Assembly: GCA_034521815.1 (NCBI GenBank)
Contig: JAXHLW010000013.1
Location: 1,472,001-1,536,000 of the forward strand
Direction: 5' to 3'
DNA: 64,000 nucleotides
From: Trueperaceae bacterium
Lineage (GTDB): Bacteria; Deinococcota; Deinococci; Deinococcales; Trueperaceae
Shown in pieces: positions 22,087-32,703 of the stretch. The position numbers and the translations under genes are program-made. A model generated the notes under the pieces. That model did no database searches. It was not told the origin of the DNA and was given only the letters and a program-made list of their open reading frames with translations. Numbering within the stretch: the first letter of the stretch is position 1; each line of letters begins with the position of its first letter.

Positions 22087-23295
22087 TCAGGGCCGACGAC
22101 ACGCCAGACTCGCCGGCCGTAGAAAGCATCCACCCGGCCCACCAAGGACCTGTACGACAACCTGATTTCCTAGTTCTCTTCCAGGGATCCGAACCGTCGT
22201 CCCGTCTCCGTCTGCGTACAGCTCGCCGGAGTAGTTCGCCTTGATCGGGTTCACGTAGTAGTGGTTCATGAGGAACCGCGACGGCAGCGTCGGTGCGAAG
22301 TGCGTGAGCGCCATGCGCTTGACACCCTGTTCCTCGGCCATGACGCCAACGTCGTTGACATCCGGGTGATATTCGCGAATGTCGAAGAAGATCACTGCAT
22401 TCCGCTCGTCACCGACTTCGCGGAAGGTGTTCTCCATCAGCTCGACCAGCTCGTAGTTCATGACGTCCATGACGAGAAGATCCGCGTCCCTCGACTGATG
22501 ACGCAGCTCCTCCGTGATCAGCGTGTCGCTCGAGATCACGACCTTCTTGCCCGCGAACTCGATCGTGTAGCCGAACACCGGCTCGACCGGCGGGTGCGCG
22601 ACTCGAAAGGCGGTCACGACGACACCGTCCTTTCGGTACACCTCGACGACGGTCTCGTCCGCGCTGAACTCCGAGGCCGTCGCACCGTGGAACTCCGATG
22701 GCATCCACTGTTCGGTGTGATGCAGCGTCCGATAGTCCGAGTCCTCGGCGTAGCTGGCATTGAATCCCTGTACGATCGCGTCCGTCCCCGTCGGTCCGTA
22801 GATCACGAGGTTCTTCTCCCGACCGAGCATGAAGCTTCGCTGAATGACCTCGCCGAGGTCGGCGATGTGGTCGTTGTGAAAGTGCGTGATGAACACGGCA
22901 TCCAGCGCATCCATGGGAAGAGTCGACTGCTCCATCCGCTTCTGCGCGTAATCGCCGGCATCAAAGAGCAGGAACTGCCCATTCACGAACACTACGTTGG
23001 CCGTCTGAGCCTCGGTCGGACTCATGGGCCCCGCCGTCCCCGGAAGGAAGACGGTGATCACGTCTGGGTCGAGAAACTCTGCGCGAGCTTTGTCGCGCGA
23101 CTCCTGCTGCTGGACCACGCTCCGGCGAACCACAGTATCGGCCGGTGCGCCCAACGCATCGATGATTGGGGTCGCACCGCTGGGCGCCGCAGCAGGGGCC
23201 GAAGAAGCCGCCATCACCCGCACGCCAAGCGCGCCCAAACCGGTCACCGCCACGCCCTGCAATAACGTTCGACGCGTGATGGATTTACGCTGCAT
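22087..23295 (-). CDS. Tat-exported MBL-fold metallo-hydrolase (RNase Z/arylsulfatase-like); true stop may be near 22170
   Basis: Twin-arginine ITRRTLLQ; PGTAGP, FDAG, THFHNDH, SSDT, LTHFAP. Confidence 0.85.
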   Translation of the reverse strand: MQRKSITRRTLLQGVAVTGLGALGVRVMAASSAPAAAPSGATPIIDALGAPADTVVRRSVVQQQESRDKARAEFLDPDVITVFLPGTAGPMSPTEAQTANVVFVNGQFLLFDAGDYAQKRMEQSTLPMDALDAVFITHFHNDHIADLGEVIQRSFMLGREKNLVIYGPTGTDAIVQGFNASYAEDSDYRTLHHTEQWMPSEFHGATASEFSADETVVEVYRKDGVVVTAFRVAHPPVEPVFGYTIEFAGKKVVISSDTLITEELRHQSRDADLLVMDVMNYELVELMENTFREVGDERNAVIFFDIREYHPDVNDVGVMAEEQGVKRMALTHFAPTLPSRFLMNHYYVNPIKANYSGELYADGDGTTVRIPGRELGNQVVVQVLGGPGGCFLRPASLACRRP

Positions 23296-23377
23296 GGGTT
23301 TTCTCCTTTGATGACCTATGTGCGCGAACGACGTGAGAGCTATCAACGAGAGAATTGAGGGGGCGACGTACGTGCAT

Positions 23378-24481
23378 CTATCGATCGTCCCCGCTGTCCG
23401 TTGCGATTCGGGACATGGCCGGAGCCGGAATGTCGCTGACGTCGACCTCCTCGCCAAGCGCCGACCTTACGATCAGGCTAATCGTCTCCGGTTGGTCGTT
23501 CTGCAGGTAGTGGTTCGCGTTCTCGAGTTGCCAGTACCAACCTCGTGCTCCGCGATCGAAGAGGTACTCCTCCCACACGTAGTCCGCCACTCGTACCGGC
23601 GCAACCGGATCGTCCAGACCCCAGATGAGCGACGTCGGGATGTCACTGGCCTCGAGCGTTTCGAGCCAACCGTTCTCGAACTGGGCGCGCTCGGCGAGGT
23701 ACTGGATGGTGGCGTGCTGGACCTCGCCGCCATCGTCGTAGTCGATGGACGTAGCAATCCCTTCGATCACGGCATCCGGTTGCGGCACCGCGAAGTACCC
23801 GTCGGCCAAGCCGCGCGCCACGAGGTGCCCGTTTACATACCGCGTCAGAAACGGTCCGAGCCTCTCATCCAGGAGCGCGGTTTGGAACCGGGTGAGATCT
23901 GCAAGTGGCAGGTAGATGTTGCCATTGGTGATGAAGTGATGGGTGATCACGTAGGAGTTCTGTGCCTGGTAGAGATCGAGGAAAGCAAGGCCGACGCTGT
24001 TTCCCTTGTCATGCGTCAGCATCGCGAACGAGTCGAGGCCAAGGACCTCGGTAACGTAGTGTTCGACCAAGAGCGCATCGTCGAACAGCGAGTAGACGAA
24101 TCCCTCCTTCGGCTTGTCCGAGAGGCCGTACCCCGGAGTGTCGAGGGCGACGACGTAGTAGTCATCGTCCAGGCGATCCACGAGCTCGTGAAAGTCGAAG
24201 CTGCTCGTCGGGTAGCCATGGATCATCAGGATGGCGGGGCTCGACGGGTCGCCGCTCTGGATGGTGAACACGTCGAGCTCGCCGAACTCTTCGTTCTCCG
24301 GTCGTGTCGACGTCCAACCGATGTACGAACCGCGGTCCTGCCACGCCTGGGCGAGCTCGCTCAGTTGCCGCGTCGGTCTGGTGGCGAGCGGGAGCACAGC
24401 AAAGAGAAGAACCACGATCAGCGCCAAGAGGCTGCCCGCAACGATCAGTACGACGCGAACAAGATGGTGTTTTGGCCTCAT
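23378..24481 (-). CDS. Membrane-anchored alpha/beta hydrolase (MEST/epoxide hydrolase-like)
   Basis: N-terminal TM; HGYPTSSFDF, DTPGYGLSDKP, THDKG nucleophile elbow, WGLDDPV, ANHYLQ. Confidence 0.85.
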   Translation of the reverse strand: MRPKHHLVRVVLIVAGSLLALIVVLLFAVLPLATRPTRQLSELAQAWQDRGSYIGWTSTRPENEEFGELDVFTIQSGDPSSPAILMIHGYPTSSFDFHELVDRLDDDYYVVALDTPGYGLSDKPKEGFVYSLFDDALLVEHYVTEVLGLDSFAMLTHDKGNSVGLAFLDLYQAQNSYVITHHFITNGNIYLPLADLTRFQTALLDERLGPFLTRYVNGHLVARGLADGYFAVPQPDAVIEGIATSIDYDDGGEVQHATIQYLAERAQFENGWLETLEASDIPTSLIWGLDDPVAPVRVADYVWEEYLFDRGARGWYWQLENANHYLQNDQPETISLIVRSALGEEVDVSDIPAPAMSRIATDSGDDR

Positions 24482-24524
24482 GGGTGCCAGTATATATCTC
24501 TGCACCATCGGCGACATTAGACTT

Positions 24525-24541
24525 TGGCACACACAGTGCCA
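24525..24541. promoter_or_regulatory. Putative TetR operator in divergent intergenic region
   Basis: tggcac-N5-gtgcca inverted repeat between hydrolase and TetR. Confidence 0.55.
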
Positions 24542-24558
24542 TCTTCTAAACTGCGGAC

Positions 24559-25182
24559 ATGGAAACCTCGCGGAACAAAGAAAAGGTGAAAGTCGATGGC
24601 AGGCATGCCCGGATGGAGCGCCACAAGGCTCAGGTCATCACAGCGCTGGTCGAATACATCCGCACGCATGAAGAGGTTCCAACCACGGATGTTCTTGCGG
24701 ACCTTGCAGCCGTTTCGCGGCGATCCGTTTTCCGTCTTTTCGAGGACCGGGCCGCGCTTCTCCGGGCCACGTCCGACGACGCATACCGACGGCTCAGCGA
24801 CCAGCTCACGTTTCCCGATGTGTCGACAGGGACGAGCGAGGAAATTCTTTCCTCGCTCGTCGACTACGTCGCGCAAGTCTTCGAGTTCATCACGCCATTC
24901 CGCCGGGTTACCGAGCGCGCCACGGCGAACCGGGCACTCATCGAAGCCGAGCGCGCACGCATGCAGGCGCTGTTCCGGGACCGGGTCAGCGAAGCCCTCG
25001 CCGCCGTCCTACCAGCTGACGCGTTGATGTCACCGATCGTCCGGGACTCCATTCGACTGGCGCTGTCCTGGAAGGCCTGGGACTATCTTCGCTCTGAACG
25101 CAGAGCCTCAGTCGAGCATGCGAAAGCAGTGATGCTGCATACCGTGCACGCGGTGCTCCGCTCGGCCAGGGCGTCGGTGTAG
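24559..25182 (+). CDS. TetR/AcrR family regulator
   Basis: DGRHAR...PTTDVLADLAAVSRRSVFRLFED HTH. Confidence 0.82.
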   Translation: METSRNKEKVKVDGRHARMERHKAQVITALVEYIRTHEEVPTTDVLADLAAVSRRSVFRLFEDRAALLRATSDDAYRRLSDQLTFPDVSTGTSEEILSSLVDYVAQVFEFITPFRRVTERATANRALIEAERARMQALFRDRVSEALAAVLPADALMSPIVRDSIRLALSWKAWDYLRSERRASVEHAKAVMLHTVHAVLRSARASV

Positions 25183-25229
25183 CGATTCTGTACGATCTTC
25201 GACGAGTCGGTTCATGGGAAACGAACCGC

Positions 25230-25350
25230 TTGCAAGTCTCTTGGTGGCTGGCCTGGGGCTGGCTGTCAGGCTGGGGTCACTCCCCTCAGACGCTTTCGGG
25301 TTCCACCAAGACCGGTCTACAAGACCGGGGCAGGTCACACTGCGCCAGGG
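25230..25350 (+). pseudogene. Possible eroded C-terminus of a tyrosine integrase
   Basis: ASLLVAG..VRL / GHSPQTL across a frameshift resembles box II (ASLL..G....RLGH...T..Y); lies ~200 bp before an att-like tRNA copy. Confidence 0.35.
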
Positions 25351-25533
25351 CAGCGTGGGGCGACATCGGGTCGGTTTCCATGCCATTCGCTTGGTGTGCC
25401 GTCGTGTGCCGAACGCACCAACACGCCACCATACACGCAGATACTGAACACCAATGGACGAGATTTGCGAGCCCAAGAAAAACGTACAGGGCGGCCTTCA
25501 ACGACCCTGACGCACACAACGCGAGCCGAACTT

Positions 25534-25575
25534 TTAATCAGCGGGTTGTAGGTTCGAGTCCTACACGACCCACCA
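25534..25575 (+). repeat. Exact 42-bp copy of tRNA-Lys 3' end (attR-like)
   Basis: ttaatcagcgggttgtaggttcgagtcctacacgacccacca identical to 16662-16703. Confidence 0.95.
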
Positions 25576-25917
25576 TCAGAATCGCGTGAGAGGACGGGCA
25601 TCGCTGACGCTCGTCCCTCGACGCCTGCCACGCCGGGAAGAGCCGGGACACCTTTCACGACACCGTATGCGCGGGCAACGGCAACATTTGGGTGATGGCG
25701 TGGTGGAAGTCGGAAGGTTCTGGCGGTCGATCGATCGGCGATCGGCGGCGCGTCGCCTCGTTGCCACCCTCGCACCGAGCCCCCACGCGGTCTGACCGCG
25801 ACTAGGTTGGCTGCGCCCAACGACGGGTCGGCCGCGGCCCGACGTCGTCGACGCCGTTCAGCGGAAGAGACCGAGCTGAAGTCCGGGGCCTTCGGTGATC
25901 CGGGCGAAGACGCAGCG

Positions 25918-26202
25918 TTACCTTGCCTCCGCGATCAACACGGTCACGGGAAAGATGACGCCGATCCTCTCCAAATTCCGCTTGGATTCCTCCGCATTCA
26001 GACGGGCTTGGTGCGCTTGGGCGGACTTCAGATCGCGAAACGTGAGCAGGAAGATCGCCGTCTCGCCATCGATGCTCTGGTAGAACTCCGCCTCCAAGAT
26101 CCCGCGCTCCCCCGTCCGCTTCTCCCTCTCGATACCCTCGGCGGCGGCTTGCCTCCAGACCTGAAAGTCCTTGACGCGATGGTGAGCAATGAGGGTGTAC
26201 AT
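25918..26202 (-). CDS. Small alpha/beta-barrel (ABM-like) protein
   Basis: RBS aggag; MYTLIAHHRVKDFQVW N-terminus typical of small dimeric barrel proteins. Confidence 0.6.
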   Translation of the reverse strand: MYTLIAHHRVKDFQVWRQAAAEGIEREKRTGERGILEAEFYQSIDGETAIFLLTFRDLKSAQAHQARLNAEESKRNLERIGVIFPVTVLIAEAR

Positions 26203-26367
26203 GCGGCGCTCCTAGTCGTGCGGTGGACACGGGTACGTACGGGCGCGCGGATCGCCTGGCGATCGATCCCAGCAACCTCCGAGATGGAGTTCACTCGGCT
26301 TGTGGGACAGGTTGGATCCTAGCAGGCTCGTGGATTGTGCGGGCTCGGCCGCCGTCACCTCCCTCGG

Positions 26368-26404
26368 TCAGCGGGTTGTAGGTCCAGTCCGACACGACCC
26401 ACCA
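26368..26404 (+). repeat. Second degenerate copy of tRNA-Lys 3' end (att-like)
   Basis: tcagcgggttgtaggtccagtccgacacgacccacca, followed by a decayed copy of the post-tRNA hairpin. Confidence 0.85.
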
Positions 26405-26729
26405 AGCTGGGCGCGTGAAATACGAGCTTCTTGAAGGCTCGTCCCTCCTGCCCGGACTGGCATCATCGGGCAGCCCGACCCCTTGCGTACGCCGTCGAGC
26501 TGCGCGAAGCCGAGGCATGAGCTGACGAACGAGGTAGCGGTCGTGCGACGGAGGACGCTGGCGCCCAGACTCTACGCAGGCAGACCTCGACTCGGTGGGC
26601 TCCCGATACTGTGCGGCATCTGGTGGTAGGAAGCCGGGAAGGACGACAACGTCGCTACGTGCGTCATCGGATCAGTCACATTGCGTTGCGAGGGCTCCAA
26701 CACGGCAACGTCCTAGTCTTGATCGTCAT

Positions 26730-26841
26730 CTTCACCTGGCACGACTACCTGCCCGACCCGACCCTGGTCGACGCGATCCTCGACTTCTTCCTTCACAACG
26801 CCCACCACTTCGACCTGCACGGCGACGGCATGCGCGCATAG
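26730..26841 (+). pseudogene. istB: IS21-family IstB C-terminal remnant
   Basis: WHDYLPDPTLVDAILD..LHNAH.FDLHGDGMR matches the IstB C-terminus pattern. Confidence 0.8.
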
Positions 26842-26861
26842 CGGAGGCTTCGTGTGCCGCA

Positions 26862-27254
26862 TCAGGTCAGTTCGCTGATCTCGAACAGGTGGCCGTCGGG
26901 ATCGCGAAAGAACGCTCGGATCTCGCCTCCGCGATCGACGGGCTCGGTCAGGAACTCGGCGCCCCTGCCACGGAGGAGCTCGTACGTCTTCCAGCAATCC
27001 TCGACGCGGAAGATCACCTGGGCGGTCACCCAGTCGGGGTCGGCAAGTGGTGCGAAGGTGATCGTCGGCTTATCAGGCGTCGGACCACCGCCTTGGACCA
27101 GCAAGAGCCAGTTGCCGAGCAACTCCAGTACGACCGACGTGCCGTACTGCCCGTAGACCGAGGCGTCGAGCACGTCGACATACCAGTCCCGGCTGACGTG
27201 AGTGTCCGCGACCACGAGCAGGTGCGTGAGCGCTGACGCGGAGAACCGGTCCAT
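26862..27254 (-). CDS. VOC/glyoxalase family protein
   Basis: THLLVVAD, FRVED, FFRDPDGHLFEI. Confidence 0.9.
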   Translation of the reverse strand: MDRFSASALTHLLVVADTHVSRDWYVDVLDASVYGQYGTSVVLELLGNWLLLVQGGGPTPDKPTITFAPLADPDWVTAQVIFRVEDCWKTYELLRGRGAEFLTEPVDRGGEIRAFFRDPDGHLFEISELT

Positions 27255-27520
27255 CTACACGGCACGATACGAAGGCAAGTGTGGGCGGTTGGCGCCCGGG
27301 GCAGCCGCACGGTCGCGTGCACGAGGCCACCGCTTCGACGGGCGATCACCGGACGCAGCGTGAGCTGCGACGGTTGCGATGACCGAATGAGATCGCCCAG
27401 CCGGCGCTGACACCTTGCATGACACCCTTCCTCCGTCTGGCCTCTCGCGCGCTCACGCATGCCGCGAGGATCATCGCTCGCCAACAAGGATCGAGCGACG
27501 ACCCGCCGGTCGGGCCATCC

Positions 27521-27888
27521 TCACGTTGGAACACGACGCTGCATCTGTAGGGCTAGCAGGCACCCGGTACCGCGGCGCTGGACGTAGGTGGCCGTGTATC
27601 GGAGCGGGGTCATGGACGCTCGATCCTCGACGTCCGCCGTTCGGATGTCCGTGGTTCCGAACACCAGCGCGGTATCGCCCTCGATCAGCAGCGTCCGTTC
27701 GCGAAGGGTCTGGTTCGTCATCCCCATGCCCAGTACCGCTTGAATCAGCGCTTCCTTGCCCGTGGTGGTCCCGTCGCTGCGATTGAACATTAAGCGATCG
27801 TCGGCGATGCGCCGGAGCGCCGCCTCATCCCCGGCGACCTCCGCGGCAACGTAGTCGTCTTCTGCAGCGAGAACACGCCGTTCGTCAT
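27521..27888 (-). CDS. NTF2-like/DUF4440 protein (ends uncertain)
   Basis: AEVAGDEAALRRIADD, DGTTTGKEA, GDTALV, LRYTATYV. Confidence 0.7.
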
Positions 27889-28035
27889 TGGAGCTAGCGT
27901 TGCACGTGGGGATCTCCTCGGGGCGCGCCTGCCGGGATCGGTGCGCCATGGGGCGACGCGAACCGACCGCCCCCTGCTGTGCATGCAGGTTGCCAACGGG
28001 CCAAGATCAGCCGTCCTCGAGGCTCCGAGGACGCG

Positions 28036-28359
28036 TCATCGCCCCGCTGGACGGTAGCTCACACTTCGCTTCGCGGCGGCGTCGGCCTCCTCCGCGCTGA
28101 TCAGCACGACCGTTTCCAAGTGGCTCATGGCTCCGGAAGCCCCGATGGTCGCGGCCACAGCCACGGCAGCCGCATGATCGGGCAACTCGGCGACCGCATA
28201 GAAGTCGTCGCTCCCGAACGCGAAGTCGAACGACGCCAACGAGCCACCCGCGCTCTCGGCGATCGCCCGGGCGGCATCGACGCGCGCCGAGCCACCGTCC
28301 TTCAGCACGCCCCCGATGCCCTCCTGGCCATACGACCCCTTGAACATGTACCTTGGCAT
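28036..28359 (-). CDS. GYD-domain protein
   Basis: MPRYMFKGSY..EG..G, FAFGSDDF, ETVVLIS.EE, YRP. Confidence 0.85.
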   Translation of the reverse strand: MPRYMFKGSYGQEGIGGVLKDGGSARVDAARAIAESAGGSLASFDFAFGSDDFYAVAELPDHAAAVAVAATIGASGAMSHLETVVLISAEEADAAAKRSVSYRPAGR

Positions 28360-28982
28360 GGTCTCCCCTCTCAAGCGCGCGACCACGCGCCCCTAGGCGC
28401 CGGACGCTTCGCGATGAACGGTACGTCCTCCTCGCCCGCGGCAGGACCGCGAAGCGCCGTCGAGACCACTCCTTTCCGCCTCACGCCACCCTCGTTGGGG
28501 ACGACGCCTCCGCAGGGCCGTCGAGCCGAGCGCCTCGGGTCGACGGCCACCACGAACACCCGAGAGGGGCCTGCCCAACTGCGACGGACGCCCGCACGAT
28601 GCGACGGGCCATCCGCCGAACGCGCTCAGCTATCACGCCCCTACGCCACCGGAACGGACGGTGGAACGGGGTTGACCACGGTTCGTCGCACCTGACGGTT
28701 GGACCGCACGCATCGTGCGCGCATGGCCCCTGGACCGACGATCGACCTTCCCCTTCACGACGACGGCGAGCGGGGTTCCATGGTCGCAGTCCTTGCCCGG
28801 CGAGACGGCCCGAGCGTACCTTCGAGGCTTCGTAGCCCGGGCTCGCAGCGTGGCCGCCCCTGCCCACGGTCGATCCACCGGACCGCGTGCCCGGGCCGGG
28901 CCGCGCTCGCCTGCGCCAGCGATCCGGCAGGGTGCCCCCCCGAAGCCGGGTCACCCTGCCGCGTCGAGCGAGGTACGAGCCG

Positions 28983-31728
28983 CTACAGCCCCGGAATGAC
29001 CCTGACGTCGATGCTGGTCGACGACCGCTGGTCCTCATCGTCGGTGACGGTGACCTCGATGTGGAAGTCGCCCGGCTCGAAGATGGGCTCCGAGCAGGTC
29101 CAAAACTGGATCTCGATGTCGTTGCCCTGGTAGCTCTTGCTGAACCCGTTCTGGTCGGTCACGACCCAGTCGTAGGCGTCGATGGTGCCGCCGTCCGGGT
29201 CCTCGGCGTCCGCTTCGAGGCGCAGCTCGCCGCACGACCGGTACAGCGTCTCCCCGTCGGGCGGATGCACGATCGTCACGTTGGGGGGCCGAGGCCCGTC
29301 GGGCGCTTCGACGACGTCGTACGTCAGCACCTCGGTGGTGGCCGTCGCACCGGCCTCGTCGGTGTACTCGGCCTGGATGTCCAACGCGCTGCCGGGGCCG
29401 ACGTTCACGCTGTGCATCAGCGTGGCGCCCGAAGCGACGTGGCTGCCGTTCACGTACCAGTCGATCTCGCGCTGGTCGGCGGCGTTGGTGCCGTGGCCGG
29501 TGGTGCATGACCGGTCGTCGGCCCGCGAGCGGACCGTGACGCGGGCGCCCTCCTCCACGCTGTCGCCGGAGGGACGATCGGTGATGGCGATGCCGGGCTC
29601 GCGGTTCTCGATGTCGATCGTGACCTCGTCGGACACCGTCACGGGGCCGCTCCCCGTCTGCAGCGTCGCCTCGGCCGTGATCGTGTGCGTCCGGGCAGAG
29701 CATGGAGGTGCCGGTGCCGGCGATGTCGCCCGCGCCGGCGTACGCGCCGTCGGTGGACCAGACCAGCTCATAGGTGCCCGAGAAGCGCACGTCCGCCTCG
29801 AAGTCGACCAGCGTCCCTTCCGGGACGACGGCGCCGTCCGCCGGCTCGGTGATCTCGACGCCGATCGGCTCGAGCGTCCCGACGCGCACGTCGAAGGTCT
29901 CGATCGGGCCCGCGATGTCGCTGTTGGAGAGCAGCGCGTACACGGTGCGGCTCTGGCCGGGGTCGAGGGAGAGCTCGAGCTCGTGATCGGTCGGCCGGGG
30001 TCGCGAGACGTTGACGCAGTCGGTCGTCGCGCTGCTCACGTCCCGGTAGAGCTTCACCCTGGCGTCCAGCGAGCCGCTGGCCTCGACGCGGGCGAGCCGC
30101 GTGTCGCTCGAGCTGTTCTCCAGTTGGACCTCCACCACGGTGGCGCGCAGGTCTCCGACGGGCCCGACCGAGCGGGACAGCTCGTCGCTGCGGGACCCCA
30201 CGTCGTAGACGATCTGCTCCGGCGATCCTTCGAACGCGGCCGGGTCGAAAACGCAACGTCCGTTAAGCGCGCCGTTGCCCTGCGTCACCGTGGCCTCGAA
30301 CGCCTGGTTGCGTACCCAGCCCCAATGGGCGTCCTCGAGATCGTACCCGGAGGGGAACGCCCCGTTGGCCCTCAGCATGTCGTCGACGTCCTCGGTCGTG
30401 GCGCCGCGCTTGAACAACGGGTCCAGGGCCGCCCTGGGCGTCGTCCCGTTCGCACGGATGAGGTAGACCCAGAAGTCTTGGATTTCGTAGGCAGGATCGT
30501 CGTCGTCCCGGGTCTCCTCCACCGCGACGTTCACCTCGCGAAGCGAGCGCTCCTGAGCGTCTCGGACGGCGGTGGCGGCGTCCGAGGCAGGGTTCTCGAC
30601 GAAGCTCGCTGTGCCCTCGAGGATCCAGTCCTGCCGCGTCTTGGCGAGCTTGTGCCAACTGATCGGCGCGTAGTTGAACTGGATCGCGTGGAAGAACTCC
30701 ATGCGGGTGGTGTGCTCCGACGGGGTGCCGGTGCCCTCGTGGCAGGTGATGCCGAGGTTCGTCGGCGCGACGTACATGCCACCGATACCGTCACAGACCC
30801 CGGTCCCGTCCTTGCGGATCTTGTAGAGGTAGTACGAGCCCTTCTGGCCGCCCACCTCACCGGCGATGCGGGCCAGGTCCGGCCTGCGAAAGTCGGAAAC
30901 GAAGTCGTCGTAGACGTCGCGAAGGAACGCGCGCACGGCACTCTTCTGGCTCGAGCCGCACACCGACGGGTCGGGGGGCGAGCCGAAACCGACGCACTTG
31001 ATCACGAAGTCCTCGCGCTTCTTGCGGAAGTTGAAGCGCAAGAACCGCTGCGGCTCCAACGACGCGGCCCGCTGCGCTTCGGCCCCGCGCGACGCCTCGG
31101 CGGCCCGCGCCGCCGCCGTCTCGTCGATTTCGAGGATGTCGAACGACGGCGGCGTGTACCCGTCGCCTTCGACCAGGACCATCTCGTGCCCTTCCTCGGC
31201 CAGGGCGCGCAAGCGCACGACGAACACCTCGTCGTCCGGGTCGACCACGCCGGGCAGGATGCTCCAGAGATGGTCGTGGGTGGGGCTGAACCGGTCGGGG
31301 GCCGCGTCCTCTGCGGGGAGCCGGATCGCGAGCGCAAGGCGGGACGCCTCGGCGTGATCCGGGATGGGAAGCGCCAGCCCGAGCGGCGCGTCGCCTCGCA
31401 GGTCGCGATCCTCGTCGCTCGCCAGGCGAACGACGTCGCCCACGGCGCGCGCCTCGGCCGGCAAGGGCGGCCCGGACAGCATCGAGGCAGCCTCGATCGA
31501 GACCTCCACCGGCGATGACAGACTTCCTTCGGGCGCGCCGAGCTGGACGCCTCCGTCCCCACGCAACGACCCGCCTGGTGCCAGCATCTGGCCGGAATCG
31601 TCGTCGGTCGGCGGCGACCCGTCGCCCGTTCGGCACCCGGCGAGGGACAGTGTGGCCGCCACCATCGCGGCGAAGGCGACCACGCGGAGGAAGGTGCGGA
31701 GAGAAGCGGGTAGGTACGGGTGCATCAT
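28983..31728 (-). CDS. Large lipoprotein: ZU5-like N-terminus, zincin-like central domain, Ig/PKD-like C-terminal domains; frameshift near 29700
   Basis: Lipobox LAGC; GGSL..DGGVQL.APEGSLS.PVEVSI; MEFFHAIQ..WILEGTA; ITEPADG, AEDPDGGTIDAYDW, VTVTDDED. Confidence 0.7.
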
Positions 31729-32312
31729 AGCTCTCGCCCCCTGACGAGTCCGGGATCTCGAGCGTGACGTAGCGCTTGTATGTCGGACGGTTCACGCCTA
31801 TCACGACAGCGGCGGCACGTCAACACGTACCGAAGCGAGGTCTTGACCTCGCACCGCGATCGCGCAGGAGCTCGGCGGCGGCGCCCCGGCCGGGCGTAGC
31901 GAGGCGCCACCGCTGCGATCGTGGGGGCTCGGATGTCCGCGGGACGTCGAGCCGCAGTTGGCACGTTCCAAGGACGACGTTCGAAGATGACCGGCGCTTT
32001 CAATCGGTCATCGCAGCGGTCTCAGCATGCGCTTCGCCTGCCCAAGTCACCTGCGCGGACCTACCATCCATGCAAGCCGACGTGCCACCCGTCCCGGTGC
32101 CGTAGCGTTCCCTCGTGGTCAGCGGGCGCTCGAACGACCCGGGGCTTCCACGACCCCACGAGAACGCGCGTCCAGGACAGCGATGGCAAGGAGATGGCCC
32201 CCGGATTCGAGGGGCCATGTTCCATGGGGCGCTTCGATGATCGCCCACGTCGGATCGTTCCGTTCGAAGACGCGGTCCCACTCGGCACGCGCTTCTTCGA
32301 ACGGCGCAGCCC

Positions 32313-32426
32313 CTAGTCCTTGTAGACCTCGAAGTTCTGGTACATGTTGAGCACCTCGCTTGCGGACAACGGATAGTCGAAGACCATCAGTTCGTCGATG
32401 GAACCGTCGAATGGGTATCTACCGCC
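32313..32426 (-). pseudogene. Orphan C-terminal fragment of a LamG-like jellyroll protein
   Basis: Minus strand reads GRYPFDGSIDELMVFDYPLSASEVLNMYQNFEVYKD*. Confidence 0.65.
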
Positions 32427-32703
32427 GCACCTACCGTCACAGGGCACGATCAGTTCACTCGATCCTACCCGCGTGAGCTGGATGGCGTCACCTATCCCCC
32501 TTCATGCGTCGTGGACAGGCCTTGGGCGCCCCGCGTCATGCGGACGCCATCCGATGAATGTGCTGGGGTTCACCACGACGCCGAGCGACGCAACGCACCC
32601 ACGACATCCGCCACTCGAGAAGAACGCCCGTAAGACCACCCGGGGCGGCGGTCATGGATCGGAGCTGCGGTTCATAGGGCCGCGCGACGGTCCGTGAGCG
32701 TCG

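Noticed and set aside
20086-26404. Additional tRNA genes
   Set aside because: The copies lack the 5' acceptor strand and D-arm; they are fragments only.
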